Below, piece by piece: positions 41,301-54,793 of a stretch of 64,000 nucleotides of DNA (position 1 is the stretch's first letter; every line of letters starts with the position of its first letter). This DNA is from an uncultured Verrucomicrobiae bacterium (GTDB lineage: Bacteria > Verrucomicrobiota > Verrucomicrobiia > Limisphaerales > Palsa-1400). A model generated the notes under the pieces. The model did not search any database and had not been told where the DNA came from. It saw nothing but the letters and a program-made list of their open reading frames with translations. The position numbers were made by a program, and so were the translations under genes. The DNA is taken from contig CAVXRD010000004.1 of the NCBI GenBank assembly GCA_963764165.1, positions 512,001 through 576,000 of the forward strand, read 5' to 3'.

Positions 41301-42039
41301 ACAACGGAAAATGCGAAACGGAATTCCAATACGCCTCGACCGTCTGCCCGGAGAGCGTGCGTCCGCTCAAATCGGTGATCGTGAACGAGAGCATGACTGG
41401 CACTCGCGGAACTTCGTCAAACAATTTTGCGATGGCGAACAGCGCGGCCTTCGAGTTCAAGGAATCGAACACAGTTTCCACCAACAGAACATCCACCCCA
41501 CCCTCCAGCAAAGCGCTTGCCTGTTCATAGTAAGCGTCCACTAATTGATCGTAGGTCACGCCACGCGCTGCGGGATTATTGACGTCGCCGGAAATGGAAG
41601 CCGTCTTCGTGGTCGGCCCGAGCGCGCCGGCGACAAAACAGGTTCTGCCCGGCTGGGCGGCCATGACGGCGTCCGCCGCGGCTCGAGCATTGCACGCTCC
41701 CGCCACGCTCAATTCGCGAACCAGTGATTCCATTCCGTAATCGGCCATGGAAATCTTGGTGCAGTTGAATGTGTTGGTCTCAATAATATCAGCGCCAGCC
41801 TCGAGATATTGCCGATGGATTTCCTGGATGACCTGCGGACGGGTAAGATTGAGCAGATCGTTATTGCCCTTAACGTCGCGATGCCAATCCTTGAATCGCT
41901 CGCCCCGGTAGGCGGCTTCATCGAGTTTGTAACGCTGGATCATGGTGCCCATCGCGCCGTCCAGCACCACGATCCGCTCGCGGAGCAATTGAAGTAGATT
42001 ATCCGAACGCCTGGTTACGTTTCCGCTCTTCTCGTCCAT
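38350..42039 (-). CDS. metH: Cobalamin-dependent methionine synthase
   Basis: [45 protein letters not shown]; 1229 aa. Confidence 0.98.
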   Translation of the reverse strand: MDEKSGNVTRRSDNLLQLLRERIVVLDGAMGTMIQRYKLDEAAYRGERFKDWHRDVKGNNDLLNLTRPQVIQEIHRQYLEAGADIIETNTFNCTKISMADYGMESLVRELSVAGACNARAAADAVMAAQPGRTCFVAGALGPTTKTASISGDVNNPAARGVTYDQLVDAYYEQASALLEGGVDVLLVETVFDSLNSKAALFAIAKLFDEVPRVPVMLSFTITDLSGRTLSGQTVEAYWNSVSHFPLLSIGINCALGPKEMRPFISELSRIAPIYVSAYPNAGLPNPMLPTGFPETPETLAPQLAEWASEGWLNIVGGCCGTTPPHIRLIAKAASHFKPRVPAKVEPWLRLSGLQALNIRPESNFINVGERTNITGSPKFAKLILDGQYEAALTVARQQVENGAQIIDVNMDEGMLDGVKAMTHFLNLIGSEPDIAKVPIMIDSSRWPVIEAGLKCVQGKAVVNSISLKEGEEKFVEHAKLVRRYGAAVVVMAFDEKGQADTVERRREICSRCYKILTEQVGFPPEDIIFDPNILTVATGMEEHNNYAVDFIESTRWIKQNLPRAKVSGGISNISFSFRGNNLVREAMHSAFLYHAIKAGLDMGIVNAGMLGIYEEIPKDLLELVEDVLLNRRPDATERLVKFAETVKQKDKAGVVEDEWRKRTVEERLEHALVKGIADYVEQDTEEALKKIKRPLSVIEGPLMAGMSVVGDLFGSGKMFLPQVVKSARVMKKAVAWLLPIMEAEKKAGGESRVQGKILMATVKGDVHDIGKNIVGVVLACNNYEIIDLGVMVPCEKILQTARELKVDMIGLSGLITPSLDEMAHVARELQREGFTLPLLIGGATTSKAHTSVKIAPHYSQPVVHVVDASRAVGVVGHLASPELRGAFDQKNRDEQEKVRLQHAGQRVQLLPIEEARRRAAKDAADPADITVPEFTGTQVVSVPLEELVPFIDWSPFFHTWELRGRYPSILKHEKHGTQAVELFADGQKLLKKIVDEKLIEARGVYGFFPARSVGDDVELLDAPGSSKVLTKFHFLRQQSEKADSQPNWCLADFIAPAGDYIGAFAVTAGLGSDKLVKEFKAQNDDYNAIMTEALADRLAEAFAEYLHKRARDEWGFGKSEGLTTEQLIEEQYRGIRPAAGYPACPDHTEKQTLWKLLNVEKEVGIKLTESFAMWPGSSVSGLYFASPHSKYFAVGKLDRDQVQDYAKRKGIELSVAERWLGPYLNYDPV

Positions 42040-42080
42040 GGGACGGACTATAAACCGCCTTCATGGATACGCAAATAATA

Positions 42081-42100
42081 AAATCAATATATCTTGATAT
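42081..42100. promoter_or_regulatory. Palindromic operator upstream of metH, SahR-like
   Basis: AAATCAA-TATATC-TTGATAT, 41 nt upstream of the metH start. One mismatch from a perfect ATATCAA-N6-TTGATAT palindrome. Confidence 0.65.
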
Positions 42101-42300
42101 GAAGATATGACTTCTAATTCTGGAACCGCGAGGCTCCGTCGAGCTAATTATCTGTTTGTTTGTGGGCGGGAGAATGGGGACCGCAGCGCTGCAAAATCCA
42201 ATTTGAGTTCGACGGACCGGCCGGGATCGGAATTAGGGAAAAGTGTTCCGAAACGGGACAGAAGTTGCCCATTTCCGTTGCAACAAGCGAAAAACTTTGC

Positions 42301-42498
42301 TTATTCGTTGCGCGTTTTTAACGCAACGGGCCATACCACCAAAAACAGGGCCACGGCAAATAGCACCAAATACAAAGCCGAAACGTACGTATGCCCGCCC
42401 GGTCCGAAGCGCTTGTAAATCAAGGCGATGAGAATCAATAGTCCCGTGTACTGGACTATTTCCGGCGCCCCAATTGGATGTCGCTTCGGCGATGTCAT
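42301..42498 (-). CDS. Small hypothetical membrane protein with 2 TM segments
   Basis: Hydrophobic YTGLLILIALIY and VSALYLVLFAVALFLVVWPVAL; same strand as neighbours. Confidence 0.4.
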   Translation of the reverse strand: MTSPKRHPIGAPEIVQYTGLLILIALIYKRFGPGGHTYVSALYLVLFAVALFLVVWPVALKTRNE

Positions 42499-42546
42499 TC
42501 AGTGAAAGTTTAAGCAAGATAAATGCCAAACAATACCCAAGCAAGT

Positions 42547-43158
42547 TCAAATTTTCTTTGGGGCAGCCGCGGCAGAGTGCCTGAAAGTCTGAAGATGCGC
42601 CAATGCCACCGCCAGAGCATCAGCCGCATCAGGGGCGGGAGGGTCGTCGAGTTGGAGAAGGCGCTGCACCATCTTGCCGACGGCGGTCTTCTGCGCCGCC
42701 CCGAAGCCAACGATGGCTTGTTTCACCTTTCGCGGGGCAATTTCATAGATTTCAAGGCCCGCTTCTCCCAACACCGCCAGCGCGGCGCCGCGCGCTTCAC
42801 CCATGGTCAGGGCGGTCTGCAAGTTTTGCGCGAAAAACAATCCTTCGATGGCGCAGACGGTCGGATGATGTTGCGCAATAACGTCTCGCAACGTGCGCGA
42901 AATATGCGCGAGACAACGCGAGTGCTCCCAATCGGCCGGGCATTTGATCGTCCCGTGTGCGAGCGCGCGGGGAGAAGGTTTGCACGCGTGAATCACGCCG
43001 TAACCAGTGCCGCGCAAGGAAGGATCAACTCCGATGATGACTTGGTTTTGTGAGCTGGAAATGGCAAGGTGGGCCCTCTCCACAGTTCGGGCAGCTTTCC
43101 GCTTCGCCCCACCCAGCCGGGCCTGCATCTGCTCAAATTGTTTGGGAGTGATCGCCAT
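42547..43158 (-). CDS. ruvC: Crossover junction endodeoxyribonuclease RuvC
   Basis: IIGVDPSLRGTGYGVI, AIEGLFF, GEARG, VKQAIVGFGAAQK, DAADALAVA. Confidence 0.95.
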   Translation of the reverse strand: MAITPKQFEQMQARLGGAKRKAARTVERAHLAISSSQNQVIIGVDPSLRGTGYGVIHACKPSPRALAHGTIKCPADWEHSRCLAHISRTLRDVIAQHHPTVCAIEGLFFAQNLQTALTMGEARGAALAVLGEAGLEIYEIAPRKVKQAIVGFGAAQKTAVGKMVQRLLQLDDPPAPDAADALAVALAHLQTFRHSAAAAPKKI

Positions 43159-43218
43159 GCCGCATGGTGAACGAAGAGGCCGCCCCGTTCAACCCCGTCG
43201 TTGGCCCTCCGGGCGGTT

Positions 43219-43290
43219 CTCCGCGCTCTCGGTCTTCCTCCTGTTCAAGGCATTCTGAGGTTGAACAAGAGAAAGACCGAGGGCGCGGAG
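43219..43290. repeat. 30-bp inverted repeat hairpin (AACAGGAGGAA family)
   Basis: 43219-43248 versus 43261-43290, 3 mismatches, 12-nt loop. Related to the element at 50413. Confidence 0.8.
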
Positions 43291-43409
43291 ATGGGAATCC
43301 TCTTTGCCTTTTCTTCTTCGCGTCCTTTTGCGGGCTTGCTGTTCAACCTCATGCTGTTCCCGGTGGCCCAGACAAGATCATTCGTTGGCGGCTCCCGCTT
43401 GGCTTCTTT

Positions 43410-44765
43410 TCATTTCATCCAAAGCGCGATTTGATCCCAGAGCAATTTTCCGTTAAGCGCCGCAATAATCACCGCCGTCACCCAAGCCGTAATAATAAGC
43501 CAACGTGGACTCACAAATTCCCCCATCTTTCGCCGGTCGCTGGTAAACATCACCAATGGCACCACGGCGAACGACAATTGGAGGCTCAGTACGACCTGGC
43601 TTAAGATGAGCAATTTGGCCGTGCCGCTCTCCCCCGCGATGGCCGTCACGATAACCGCTGGAATAATGGCCAATCCGCGCGTGAAAAGGCGGCGCACCCA
43701 GGGGCGGAGCCGAACGTTAAGAAATCCTTCCATGATGATTTGCCCGGCCAATGTTCCCGTCAGCGTCGAATTCTGGCCCGAGGCCAGCAGAGCCACCGCG
43801 AACAGCGTGCTGGCCAGCGATGCGCCGAGCATCGGTGTCAATAATTTGAATGCGTCCTGGATTTCCGCCACATCAGTCTTGCCGCGGGTGTGAAATGTCG
43901 CGGCGGCCACGATCAGAATAGCGGCGTTAATGAACAAGGCGGCTGTCAACGCAACGGTCGAATCGATGGTGGCGTAATGGATTGCCTCCCGCTTGCCCAG
44001 CGAGGTCGGCTCGAATTTGCGCGTCTGCACAATGCTCGAGTGCATGTAGAGATTGTGCGGCATCACTGTCGCGCCAAGGATGCCGATGGCAATGTAGAGC
44101 ATGTCTTTGTTCCGAAGAATTTCCATTCGAGGAAGGAAGCCGGGCAAAATCTCCGCAACGACAGGATGCGAGAACAGCATTTCCAGCGCGAAGCACAGCG
44201 CAATGGTGGAAATGAGGATGATCACCAGCGCCTCCAGCCGCCGAAATCCCTTGTTTTGCAAATAGAGGATGGCCAGCACATCGAGCGACGTGATGCAAAC
44301 ACCCCAAAGCACGGGAATTCTGAAAAGCAAATTCAGCGCGATGGCGGACCCAATGACTTCCGCCAGGTCGCACGCGCAAATCGCCACCTCGGCCATCGCC
44401 CAAAGCGCGATGGCAGTGCCCTTGGAATAATGATCGCGGCACGCCTGGGCCAGATCCCGTCCGGTGGCGACCCCCAATCGCACGCTCAAAGTCTGCAAGA
44501 GGATCGCCATCAAATTGGAAATCATGATCACGCTGAGAAGCGTGTAGCCGAATTGCGATCCGCCCGCCAAATCGGTGGCCCAATTGCCGGGATCCATGTA
44601 GCCCACCGCGACCATGTAGCCCGGCCCGGAAAACACCAGCAGCTTCCGCCAGAAACCTATCTTGCCCGCCACGCTAATAGAACCGTGCGACTCCGGCAGG
44701 CTTTGGCCGGAACTCGCCCGCCGCCAGCCATGACCCTGCCCGGTTTTCTCTTTTGGACGCGCCAC
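43410..44765 (-). CDS. mntH: Nramp-family divalent metal (Mn2+) transporter
   Basis: [36 protein letters not shown]. Confidence 0.95.
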   Translation of the reverse strand: MARPKEKTGQGHGWRRASSGQSLPESHGSISVAGKIGFWRKLLVFSGPGYMVAVGYMDPGNWATDLAGGSQFGYTLLSVIMISNLMAILLQTLSVRLGVATGRDLAQACRDHYSKGTAIALWAMAEVAICACDLAEVIGSAIALNLLFRIPVLWGVCITSLDVLAILYLQNKGFRRLEALVIILISTIALCFALEMLFSHPVVAEILPGFLPRMEILRNKDMLYIAIGILGATVMPHNLYMHSSIVQTRKFEPTSLGKREAIHYATIDSTVALTAALFINAAILIVAAATFHTRGKTDVAEIQDAFKLLTPMLGASLASTLFAVALLASGQNSTLTGTLAGQIIMEGFLNVRLRPWVRRLFTRGLAIIPAVIVTAIAGESGTAKLLILSQVVLSLQLSFAVVPLVMFTSDRRKMGEFVSPRWLIITAWVTAVIIAALNGKLLWDQIALWMK

Positions 44766-44864
44766 AATGATTTCTTTTATCTCAAAAATAAAGTTTTACA
44801 TCAAAAACATTTCGCGTCAAGCGGCGGCATGGGTGAATCCAGGGCAGACGCATCTTAATTCCAA

Positions 44865-44985
44865 GGTAGGGACGCCGTTTGGAAGCCGAACTTCGGCCCG
44901 AGGCGTCCGGTTGCGCGTGAAAATGCTTTTGGCGTTGCGCGGGAATATGCCCCGCCCCGGACCCCCTCGGCGAGGCGTCCCAGCC
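44865..44985. repeat. REP-like element, GGGACGCCTCGCCGAGGCGTCC family, copy 3 (with small insertion)
   Basis: GGTAGGGACGCC...CCGAGGCGTCCGG ... CCGGACCCCCTCGGCGAGGCGTCCCAGCC. Confidence 0.75.
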
Positions 44986-45155
44986 AATCAACGATCAGGA
45001 AAAGAGGCCGGAGCTGTTATTCTGCGATGCGAGGAATGTGAATAATGCCTTGCATAAACAATTCGCCATGGCCCGGCAGATCCAGGCTGCGGGCAATGAT
45101 TATGTCATCGACAAACCACGCCATCTGGCACATATACATTGGCGTTCTTACAGCC

Positions 45156-48100
45156 ATGACTAGATATTCTTTTCTTCGATTTTTCCTCGTCTGCCTTGCC
45201 GTCGCCGCGATGGCGCATGAGGTCCGCGCCGATCAAGCCACGTTTTACGTCACGCTCGACACACGCTCCGGCGTCAATGAACTGCTCTGCGTCACCAACA
45301 ATCCTTTTGGCTATGCAGTCGTTGCGTCGACGAATTCTCAGGGAGACGCGATCACCAACGAGCCAGGAGAATTAATCATGAGCTATGCGCCGGATGGCAT
45401 TTTGTACGGAGCAGCCGCCAACGAACTTTTCGCCATCAATCCCTCCACGGCGGCATCCTCAAGCATTCTTGCTTTGACGGGCGAAGCTGCCGCCACGGCG
45501 GCAATGGCTTTTGCCGGTGATGGCACATTATACACGAGCGATGGTTACACACTTTACACCGCCAATCTTGGCAGCGGCGTTTGCGCGCGGGTCAATCCGT
45601 TTTACACGAACGCTCACACCTCCAAGCTCACCACACCGATTTTCAGCCTGGCGATGTCCCCGGGCGGCGCCTTGTACGGAGCCGATACCGCGCTCTATAC
45701 GATCAACCCAGAGAATGCAAAAGCCACCATGGTCGGCCAGTTTTCCATTTTTCCTGGGTTCCAGGCCGAGGCGCTAGCCTTCGGCAGCGATGGAAATCTT
45801 TACATGATTGGAAACGATAATGCATTTTATCTGGTGAGCACCAATGATGCGTCGACGACACTGGAGGGCTCGTTTCCGGGGATTGCAAGCGGACTGGTCA
45901 CCAGCGTGAATCCCGCCCTGCCCGCGGTCACGGCGCAACCCCGGAGCGTGACCGCGGCGCCCGGCAGCAAAGTCGTTTTTTCCGCCACTGCCACTGGCGC
46001 GCCCACGCCCGCTCCCTTCTGGTATTTCAACGGCGCGCCGATCCCTTCCGCCACCAATCTGACGCTGACGCTCACCAACGTCTCCGCGAGCAACGACGGA
46101 AGTTATTACCTCGTGCTGACAAACAGGGCCGGGTCAGTGACCAGCGACGTTGTCACGCTGTCTGTGACGGCAAATCTTGTCAGTACGAATTTCACCTTTC
46201 TGGCCACCAGCGACGCGGGTGGCGTCCATGCCAATTCCATCCTCTCACTCAGCACAAACCCCGTCTCCGAGACGGTCCTTGGCGGATTCGGCACATCCCT
46301 CATCAGCATGAGCTTCGACACCAACGGCGATCTTTACGGCACCGATGGCCAGGTGCTGTACCTGGTAGACACGAATACGTGGGGGTTGATCACGCTTGGC
46401 TCGATAGAATACCTAAACGCGGCACTGGAGGTGGATAGCATCGCCTTTTCGCCCGACAACGTGCTGTATGCGGCTGCGCAAAATGGAACGCAAAGCGGCA
46501 TGTACACCATCGTTCCGACGAACGGCAGCGCCGTGGCCAGCCTCTTAACCAGTTACGCGCAGAGCATCTACATTAGTTCCATTGCCTTCGGGCCTTTGCA
46601 GACATTTTATGGCGGGGAATATGAATTGTATCAGATAAATCCCACAAATGGCCTGGTGGTGACCAAGGGAGTTCCAGTCATCGGCTCAAACGGTGTGACA
46701 TCCATTCAAGGCGACATGAAGGTCGGCCAGGATGGCTATATTTATTTTAACAGCGGATCGTCGCTTTACCGGATGAATCCCTTGACCGCTCGCAACGAGC
46801 CCGTTGCGTCCTACAGTTCGTTGCTCAAGGGGCTGGCATTTTATCCGGCGCCGTTCGACATGACGCCTCCGTCCATTGTGTCGCCCCCGGTCAATGAATC
46901 CGTGGCCAAAGGGAGCGCCGTAACGTTGGCCGTGAGAACCGCTGGCGCCGGGCCGCAAATTTTCCAGTGGCAACGCAACGGGAGTCGGCTCCAGGACACG
47001 AGCCGATTGTTCGGCGCCGACACTGGCACGCTCACGATCAACAACATCCAAACCGCAGACGCGGGCAGCTATACGCTGATCGTCAGCAATACGTTTGGTT
47101 CCGCCAGCGCACCGGTGGCGACTTTGTCCGTTGGGGTTGGCCCAAGCATCACGGCCCAGCCGGCGGGCACGACGCGCGCTACGGAAGGCAAGACGGTGAG
47201 TCTTAGTGTCGCCGCCAAAGGCGCCGCGCCTCTGACCTATCAATGGTACGTCGGCGCCACACGGATTGATGGAGCGAACAGCCGCACTTTGAGTTTCCAA
47301 TCGGATCCTGTCAACGGCGCGTCCAATCTGTATTACCGCGTGCTCGTTGAAAATTCCTACGGTTCAGTGATGAGTTCGCCCGCCGAAGTGACGGTTCTGC
47401 GCGACACGGCGAAGCCAACGGTGGCCATCCAGATTCCCGCGTTGCATGGGCGCACGACAAGCTCCATCATTTCCGGGACAACGTCATCCGATGCGACCCA
47501 AGTCTGGTATTGGGTCACGAATATCAACGCCGGCGCAAAGAGCGTCACCGGCCCGGTCAACGCCACTCAATCAACGCCGAAGATGTGGACGGCCACCGCA
47601 TCACTGCTTCCCGGAACGAACATCCTGGCGGTGCAAAGTGAAAACGCCGCCGGAAATCTCTCCACGATTGCCTCGCGCCAGTTCTTTTACGAAGTCCCAG
47701 CCGCTCTGACGCTCAACAGCTATGGAGGAACAGGCACTTTCACAGGGAAGGCTTCCATAAAAGGTGACGTCGTCCCAGCGGCGGGGGCCGATTTGAATAT
47801 CGGAGAGGGCTATTCGCTTACGGCGAAGGCCTCGCCCGGATATTTGTTTTCCTACTGGTCGGATGATACGAACACAATCACGAAACCAACGATCGATTTC
47901 ATCATGGAGTCTGGCCTTGAATTGACGGCCAATTTCGTGACAAATGAATTTTTTGGATTGTCGGGAACTTATTCCGGCCTGTTCCCCGAGACCAACGCGG
48001 CCACTGAGCAATCGGCGGGCATCATCACGGGACTGAAGATCGGCACTAATGGCGCTTACAGCGGAACACTTGTTTTGAAAGGCGTGGGACACGCGTTCAG

Positions 48101-49079
48101 CGGGTCATTCAACGCCGTGTCATTGCAAGCATCCAACAAGATTACCGTGAGCGGCGGGCCGCTCATCTTGAAAATGACTTTGCTTGCCGGTGAGACGAAC
48201 GAGATCGCCGGCTCGGTTTCAACCGGCGAATGGGACTCGGATTTCCATTTAATAGGGAAGGCGGCCGGCGCACAAACATCCGCTGCCTACACGATGTTGC
48301 TGCAGCCCACGAACACAGCCTTTGGCTGCGGTTACGCCACTGTCACTAATAAGGCGGGCTCGATCACGTTTAGCGGAAAGCTGCCAGACGGCACAGCTTT
48401 CAGTCCGTCCGCGCCTTTGTCGCAAACAGGCTCCATCCCATTCTACGCGAGCCTTTATGGCAACAAGGGGCTGCTTACCGGCTGGCTGAATTTCGATACA
48501 GGAACCTCGGGCGCGGCCGTTCCGAACGGCCAGCTCATCTGGATTCAAAAAGACGGCACGACAACAATCCTTAATGTTGACGGCTCGACGTGGGTCGCGC
48601 CGGCGGCGGGAACTGCCGCCTTGCCCTTCACGAGCGACGCTCCTGGATTATTGGCCATGTCCGGCGGCGGCATTGCGGGGACATTGGATTTCAGCGTCGT
48701 GGACAGCGCCAAGAACGTTTTATCCGCAGTGTCGTCAAGCGATGCGGACGCGACGTTCAGCGGCGCCGTTGCGGCGAAGACGGGATTGGTAACCTTTAAG
48801 GTCTCCATTGGAAAATCTGTGACGACCGCAACCGGGGTTTACTTGCAAAACACGGAGGTCGGCGGCGGGTACTTTACCGGAAACGGAACCTTTGCGCTCG
48901 AGCTGGCAAGAAACACGCCAGACTCAGGCGGCGACGACGGTGTGAGCGCCAGCATGCTCATCAACGAGGCCGCAAGCGGCCCGCCCTCTCCCACGAGGTC
49001 GCCCATATCGCCGGGTTCGCCCCCTGCTCCGCCCGGCCCTCCCGCGCCGCCCATGCATTCTTACAAATCAGACAGATAA
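45156..49079 (+). CDS. Secreted protein: two beta-propeller-like regions, three Ig-like domains, InlB-B-like repeat, C-terminal beta domain, Pro-rich tail
   Basis: Signal peptide; repeated (AF/M)x.DG.LY blades; Ig motifs WYFNG, FQWQRNG, YQWYVG; GYLFSYWS. Confidence 0.8.
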   Translation: MTRYSFLRFFLVCLAVAAMAHEVRADQATFYVTLDTRSGVNELLCVTNNPFGYAVVASTNSQGDAITNEPGELIMSYAPDGILYGAAANELFAINPSTAASSSILALTGEAAATAAMAFAGDGTLYTSDGYTLYTANLGSGVCARVNPFYTNAHTSKLTTPIFSLAMSPGGALYGADTALYTINPENAKATMVGQFSIFPGFQAEALAFGSDGNLYMIGNDNAFYLVSTNDASTTLEGSFPGIASGLVTSVNPALPAVTAQPRSVTAAPGSKVVFSATATGAPTPAPFWYFNGAPIPSATNLTLTLTNVSASNDGSYYLVLTNRAGSVTSDVVTLSVTANLVSTNFTFLATSDAGGVHANSILSLSTNPVSETVLGGFGTSLISMSFDTNGDLYGTDGQVLYLVDTNTWGLITLGSIEYLNAALEVDSIAFSPDNVLYAAAQNGTQSGMYTIVPTNGSAVASLLTSYAQSIYISSIAFGPLQTFYGGEYELYQINPTNGLVVTKGVPVIGSNGVTSIQGDMKVGQDGYIYFNSGSSLYRMNPLTARNEPVASYSSLLKGLAFYPAPFDMTPPSIVSPPVNESVAKGSAVTLAVRTAGAGPQIFQWQRNGSRLQDTSRLFGADTGTLTINNIQTADAGSYTLIVSNTFGSASAPVATLSVGVGPSITAQPAGTTRATEGKTVSLSVAAKGAAPLTYQWYVGATRIDGANSRTLSFQSDPVNGASNLYYRVLVENSYGSVMSSPAEVTVLRDTAKPTVAIQIPALHGRTTSSIISGTTSSDATQVWYWVTNINAGAKSVTGPVNATQSTPKMWTATASLLPGTNILAVQSENAAGNLSTIASRQFFYEVPAALTLNSYGGTGTFTGKASIKGDVVPAAGADLNIGEGYSLTAKASPGYLFSYWSDDTNTITKPTIDFIMESGLELTANFVTNEFFGLSGTYSGLFPETNAATEQSAGIITGLKIGTNGAYSGTLVLKGVGHAFSGSFNAVSLQASNKITVSGGPLILKMTLLAGETNEIAGSVSTGEWDSDFHLIGKAAGAQTSAAYTMLLQPTNTAFGCGYATVTNKAGSITFSGKLPDGTAFSPSAPLSQTGSIPFYASLYGNKGLLTGWLNFDTGTSGAAVPNGQLIWIQKDGTTTILNVDGSTWVAPAAGTAALPFTSDAPGLLAMSGGGIAGTLDFSVVDSAKNVLSAVSSSDADATFSGAVAAKTGLVTFKVSIGKSVTTATGVYLQNTEVGGGYFTGNGTFALELARNTPDSGGDDGVSASMLINEAASGPPSPTRSPISPGSPPAPPGPPAPPMHSYKSDR

Positions 49080-49648
49080 AGCTCACGGTTACGCCAAAGA
49101 TAAATCACCCCGGAGGTGAAGGTCAGAATCACCGCCACCCACAATGAGATGGGAGCGAACCATTCAACCCACGGTTTACCGGCAATATCGAATCCAAAAA
49201 TCATCCCGACCGGCCCCCATTCCTTGTAGGCGTGAAGAACCAACAGAGCGATGATGGCGACAATTTGTGAAATGGTTTTATGCTTGCCAAATCGCTCGGC
49301 GGCCAGCACCAGATTTTTCGACGCCGCCAGCAGCCGCAGTCCCGTAATCGCCAGTTCTCGCGCGACGATGATGACCACCATCCACGCGGCGGTCCACCGC
49401 GTGTCAACAAACGCAATGAACGCCGAGCAGACCATGATCTTGTCCGCCAGCGGGTCCATGAGAATGCCAAAATTGGTGATGAGATGGTCGCGCCGGGCGA
49501 TCTTGCCGTCAAAATAATCGGTCAGGCTCGCGATGCTGAAAAACGCCAGCGCAATCGTCTCGTAATGGGGAGGATGGGCAAACATGGCAGCCAGAAAAAC
49601 AGCCGTCATGACAAAACGGGAGATTGTCAGCCTATTCGGAACGTTCAT
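49061..49648 (-). CDS. pgsA: CDP-diacylglycerol--glycerol-3-phosphate 3-phosphatidyltransferase
   Basis: MNVPNRLTISR; TDYFDGKIARR...TNFGILMDPLADK; RELAITGLR. Confidence 0.93.
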   Translation of the reverse strand: MNVPNRLTISRFVMTAVFLAAMFAHPPHYETIALAFFSIASLTDYFDGKIARRDHLITNFGILMDPLADKIMVCSAFIAFVDTRWTAAWMVVIIVARELAITGLRLLAASKNLVLAAERFGKHKTISQIVAIIALLVLHAYKEWGPVGMIFGFDIAGKPWVEWFAPISLWVAVILTFTSGVIYLWRNRELYLSDL

Positions 49649-49715
49649 CTGCAAAATTGGACACTCGCCGGAAATAAAGTCATAACCCCGCCGCAAAGCA
49701 ACCCATTTTCGTCTT

Positions 49716-50392
49716 CTATTGATCCGCGGACCCCAGGAAAACACAGTCGTCGGATCGCGCTCCGATGAAGGCCGTCGGGCCGCCGCCTGTCAACTTAACG
49801 ACGACGATGTGGATTCCCGCGGGGAGATCGGCAGCGTAGTGCAGAGGATTGTTGAACGCCGGATCCGGTTCCCGCACTGGAATCTGTGGCGGGCGTCGAA
49901 AACCAGGAGCCGGAACTGGTGGCAATGGCGGGCCGGCGTCTTCTGCGGGATTTGGCGGCGTCACGATTTTCGGCACGGAATTAGTTGCGGTCCGCGGCTC
50001 CGGCTCGCAGACATTTACATGAGTCCAAATGGTCGATTTGTCAGGTGCGGAAATCTCAAATTTGACCGGCCCGGATTTCACGCTTCGAAAGCGTGTTCCG
50101 GCCAAAAACGGCGCGTTGCTTGTTTTCGGGGCCCGTTGACAAATGAAATGGCCCAATGCCATGAATCGCCGCTGGGGCTCCAGCCCACATTCCTGACCGT
50201 GATGGAAGCCTGGGGAAAATCGGAAGCCATCTCCACTTCCAGCCATCCCGATTCCTGTTCCCGCTCAATGAGCGCATCGCCAATCAGCACAACGCGGTCG
50301 CTGTCACGCAAGTCGAAGATCCGGCTCGCTTTTGCCGTAAAAGCAGCGAGGAACAACATCGCGATGGCAAGAGCGCCAAACAGCCGCGCCAT
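49716..50392 (-). pseudogene. Truncated or frameshifted secreted SGNH/GDSL-like fragment with a Pro-rich downstream ORF
   Basis: Signal peptide then LRDSDRVVLIGDALIERE...ITVRNVGWS (SGNH blocks I-II-like), stop at 50078. An overlapping frame continues to 49716. Confidence 0.4.
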
Positions 50393-50412
50393 TCGCCTCG
50401 GGAAAAAAATCT

Positions 50413-50502
50413 TAACAGGAGGAAACGAAGTAAACGAAGAGGGAACAAATCGTCCGTCCGGTGTCGTGTCCTCTTCATCGTTTCCTTTGTTTCCTTCTGT
50501 TA
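50413..50502. repeat. Imperfect inverted repeat (AACAGGAGGAA family)
   Basis: TAACAGGAGGAAACGAAGTAAACGAAGAGG versus CCTCTTCATCGTTTCCTTTGTTTCCTTCTGTTA, just downstream of gcvP. Confidence 0.7.
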
Positions 50503-50546
50503 TCCCATCATTGTCCATTCTTGAGTTAACGCTTATAAGACGTCTG

Positions 50547-53426
<2,880 letters not shown>

Positions 53427-53599
53427 AAAACGAACGTAAATTGCCCTGAAAGCATTGCAAGCAGCTTTTTCTAGGGATGCCGCCTCTAACGCCCAGATTT
53501 GGCTCTCCCGAAGCTGACGCGAACATTGGAAGGTGAAATAGGGTGCAATAGGGTGAAACAGGCTTCCAGGCGAGACCCGTTTGAGGGTGTGTTCGTTGA

Positions 53600-53660
53600 A
53601 AGTGGCCGAGGCGTCTCGCCTCAGAACGGTCGACACAGCGGCGGGACGACGCCGCCACTT
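53600..53660. repeat. REP-like element bounded by AAGTGGC / GCCACTT
   Basis: AAGTGGCCGAGGCGTCTCGCCTC ... GCGGCGGGACGACGCCGCCACTT; two hairpins. Confidence 0.6.
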
Positions 53661-54381
53661 GGGATCCGATGAGAGAGCGCCGAAACGGCGGCGCATGAGC
53701 GCGTCATTGCGCCCTGCCCTTCTATTCTCAATACGCCCTTTCATATAAATGGACGCATTTTGGCCCGAAAGTCGCGGGATGGAAAACCTACCAGAGTGTT
53801 TTCGGCACGGTTTTTTGGAGAAACATTGGGAAAAATTGAATCTGGAACGACCGAACGCAGGAAAAGAGCCTCTTGCTGACAACATCACGCCCTGGACCGT
53901 CCACCCGGACAGGAGAAGAAAGGGGAATCCCCAAAACCTTTACGCCTCTTCGCCCTTGCGTTAGATTGGTTCGCGCTGTTTTCAGCGCCAGCCATTGCTG
54001 GGAAACCTCTTTGGAGAGAGCAAGCCTGGCACCGGCTTAGGTAAAGCGGTAAATGTCCATAATCTCGGAAAGACTGCTACATCGGCTACATCGTTGAGCC
54101 TCAATAAGATAAAGTGCAACATTTAATGCAACAGACTGCAGAATTCCTTCCAATCGGGTCTGGCTGAATTCAATCCTGTGCCTTCCCATCCGCCGATGTT
54201 TTCGCCGCAGTCGCGTGGCCAACGTTCATTCCAGTTATCCAGGACGGGTGTGCCTTGATATCACTAAGGCTGGTATTCGGCGCAACAGATGGAGTTTCCG
54301 CTTTAGTGAAATGAAAGACGATCCCGGTCGAAAAGTTGGATTGACTAAACGTATCAAAATTGATATTCCCATGCAAGCGCT

Positions 54382-54777
54382 ATGGCAGCCACACTGACGA
54401 TCCACGATGAGACCGCAACTGGTCAAAAAACGAATACCTTCACGCTGGATTGCCTCACTGAGCGGATGACAGTGCGCGAATTGATCCGTGCCCGAATTTA
54501 TCAGGAGGTTCAAGAATACAACCAGCGTGAGCCGGAGTATTTTCGCGGCCTTGTAGAGCCGACAAATGCCGAACGCGTCCTCAACGGCTATAAGCTCAAG
54601 GCAAAGCGCAAGATCGACTGGCAAGAGCAACTACTGCGCGCGCTCGATGCTTTTGGCCGAAACGGTTTTTTCGTCTTGGTCGATGACAAGCAAGCCGAAG
54701 ATCTGGAACAGGAATTCGATGTCAAAGTCGACACGGAAGTCAGCTTCGTCAAACTCGTGCCGCTAGTAGGAGGATAA
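54382..54777 (+). CDS. Ubiquitin/MoaD/ThiS-like (beta-grasp) protein ending in Gly-Gly
   Basis: N-terminal LTIHD..FTL....TVRELI; C-terminal FFVLVDDKQAEDLEQEFDVKVDTEVSFVKLVPLVGG*. Confidence 0.75.
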   Translation: MAATLTIHDETATGQKTNTFTLDCLTERMTVRELIRARIYQEVQEYNQREPEYFRGLVEPTNAERVLNGYKLKAKRKIDWQEQLLRALDAFGRNGFFVLVDDKQAEDLEQEFDVKVDTEVSFVKLVPLVGG

Positions 54778-54793
54778 GAGCAAGGGGGTTCTT

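Noticed and set aside
53440..53520. Glycine riboswitch upstream of gcvP (GGGAGAG ... CTTTCAGG on the minus strand)
   Set aside because: The central GCCGAAG motif and supporting helices are not evident; an Infernal search with the glycine riboswitch model would decide.
53427..53888. N-terminal ORF extensions of gcvP (also of pgsA and of the 60505 gene up to 62349)
   Set aside because: They run through REP or intergenic DNA or overlap the neighbouring gene; family motifs begin at later starts.
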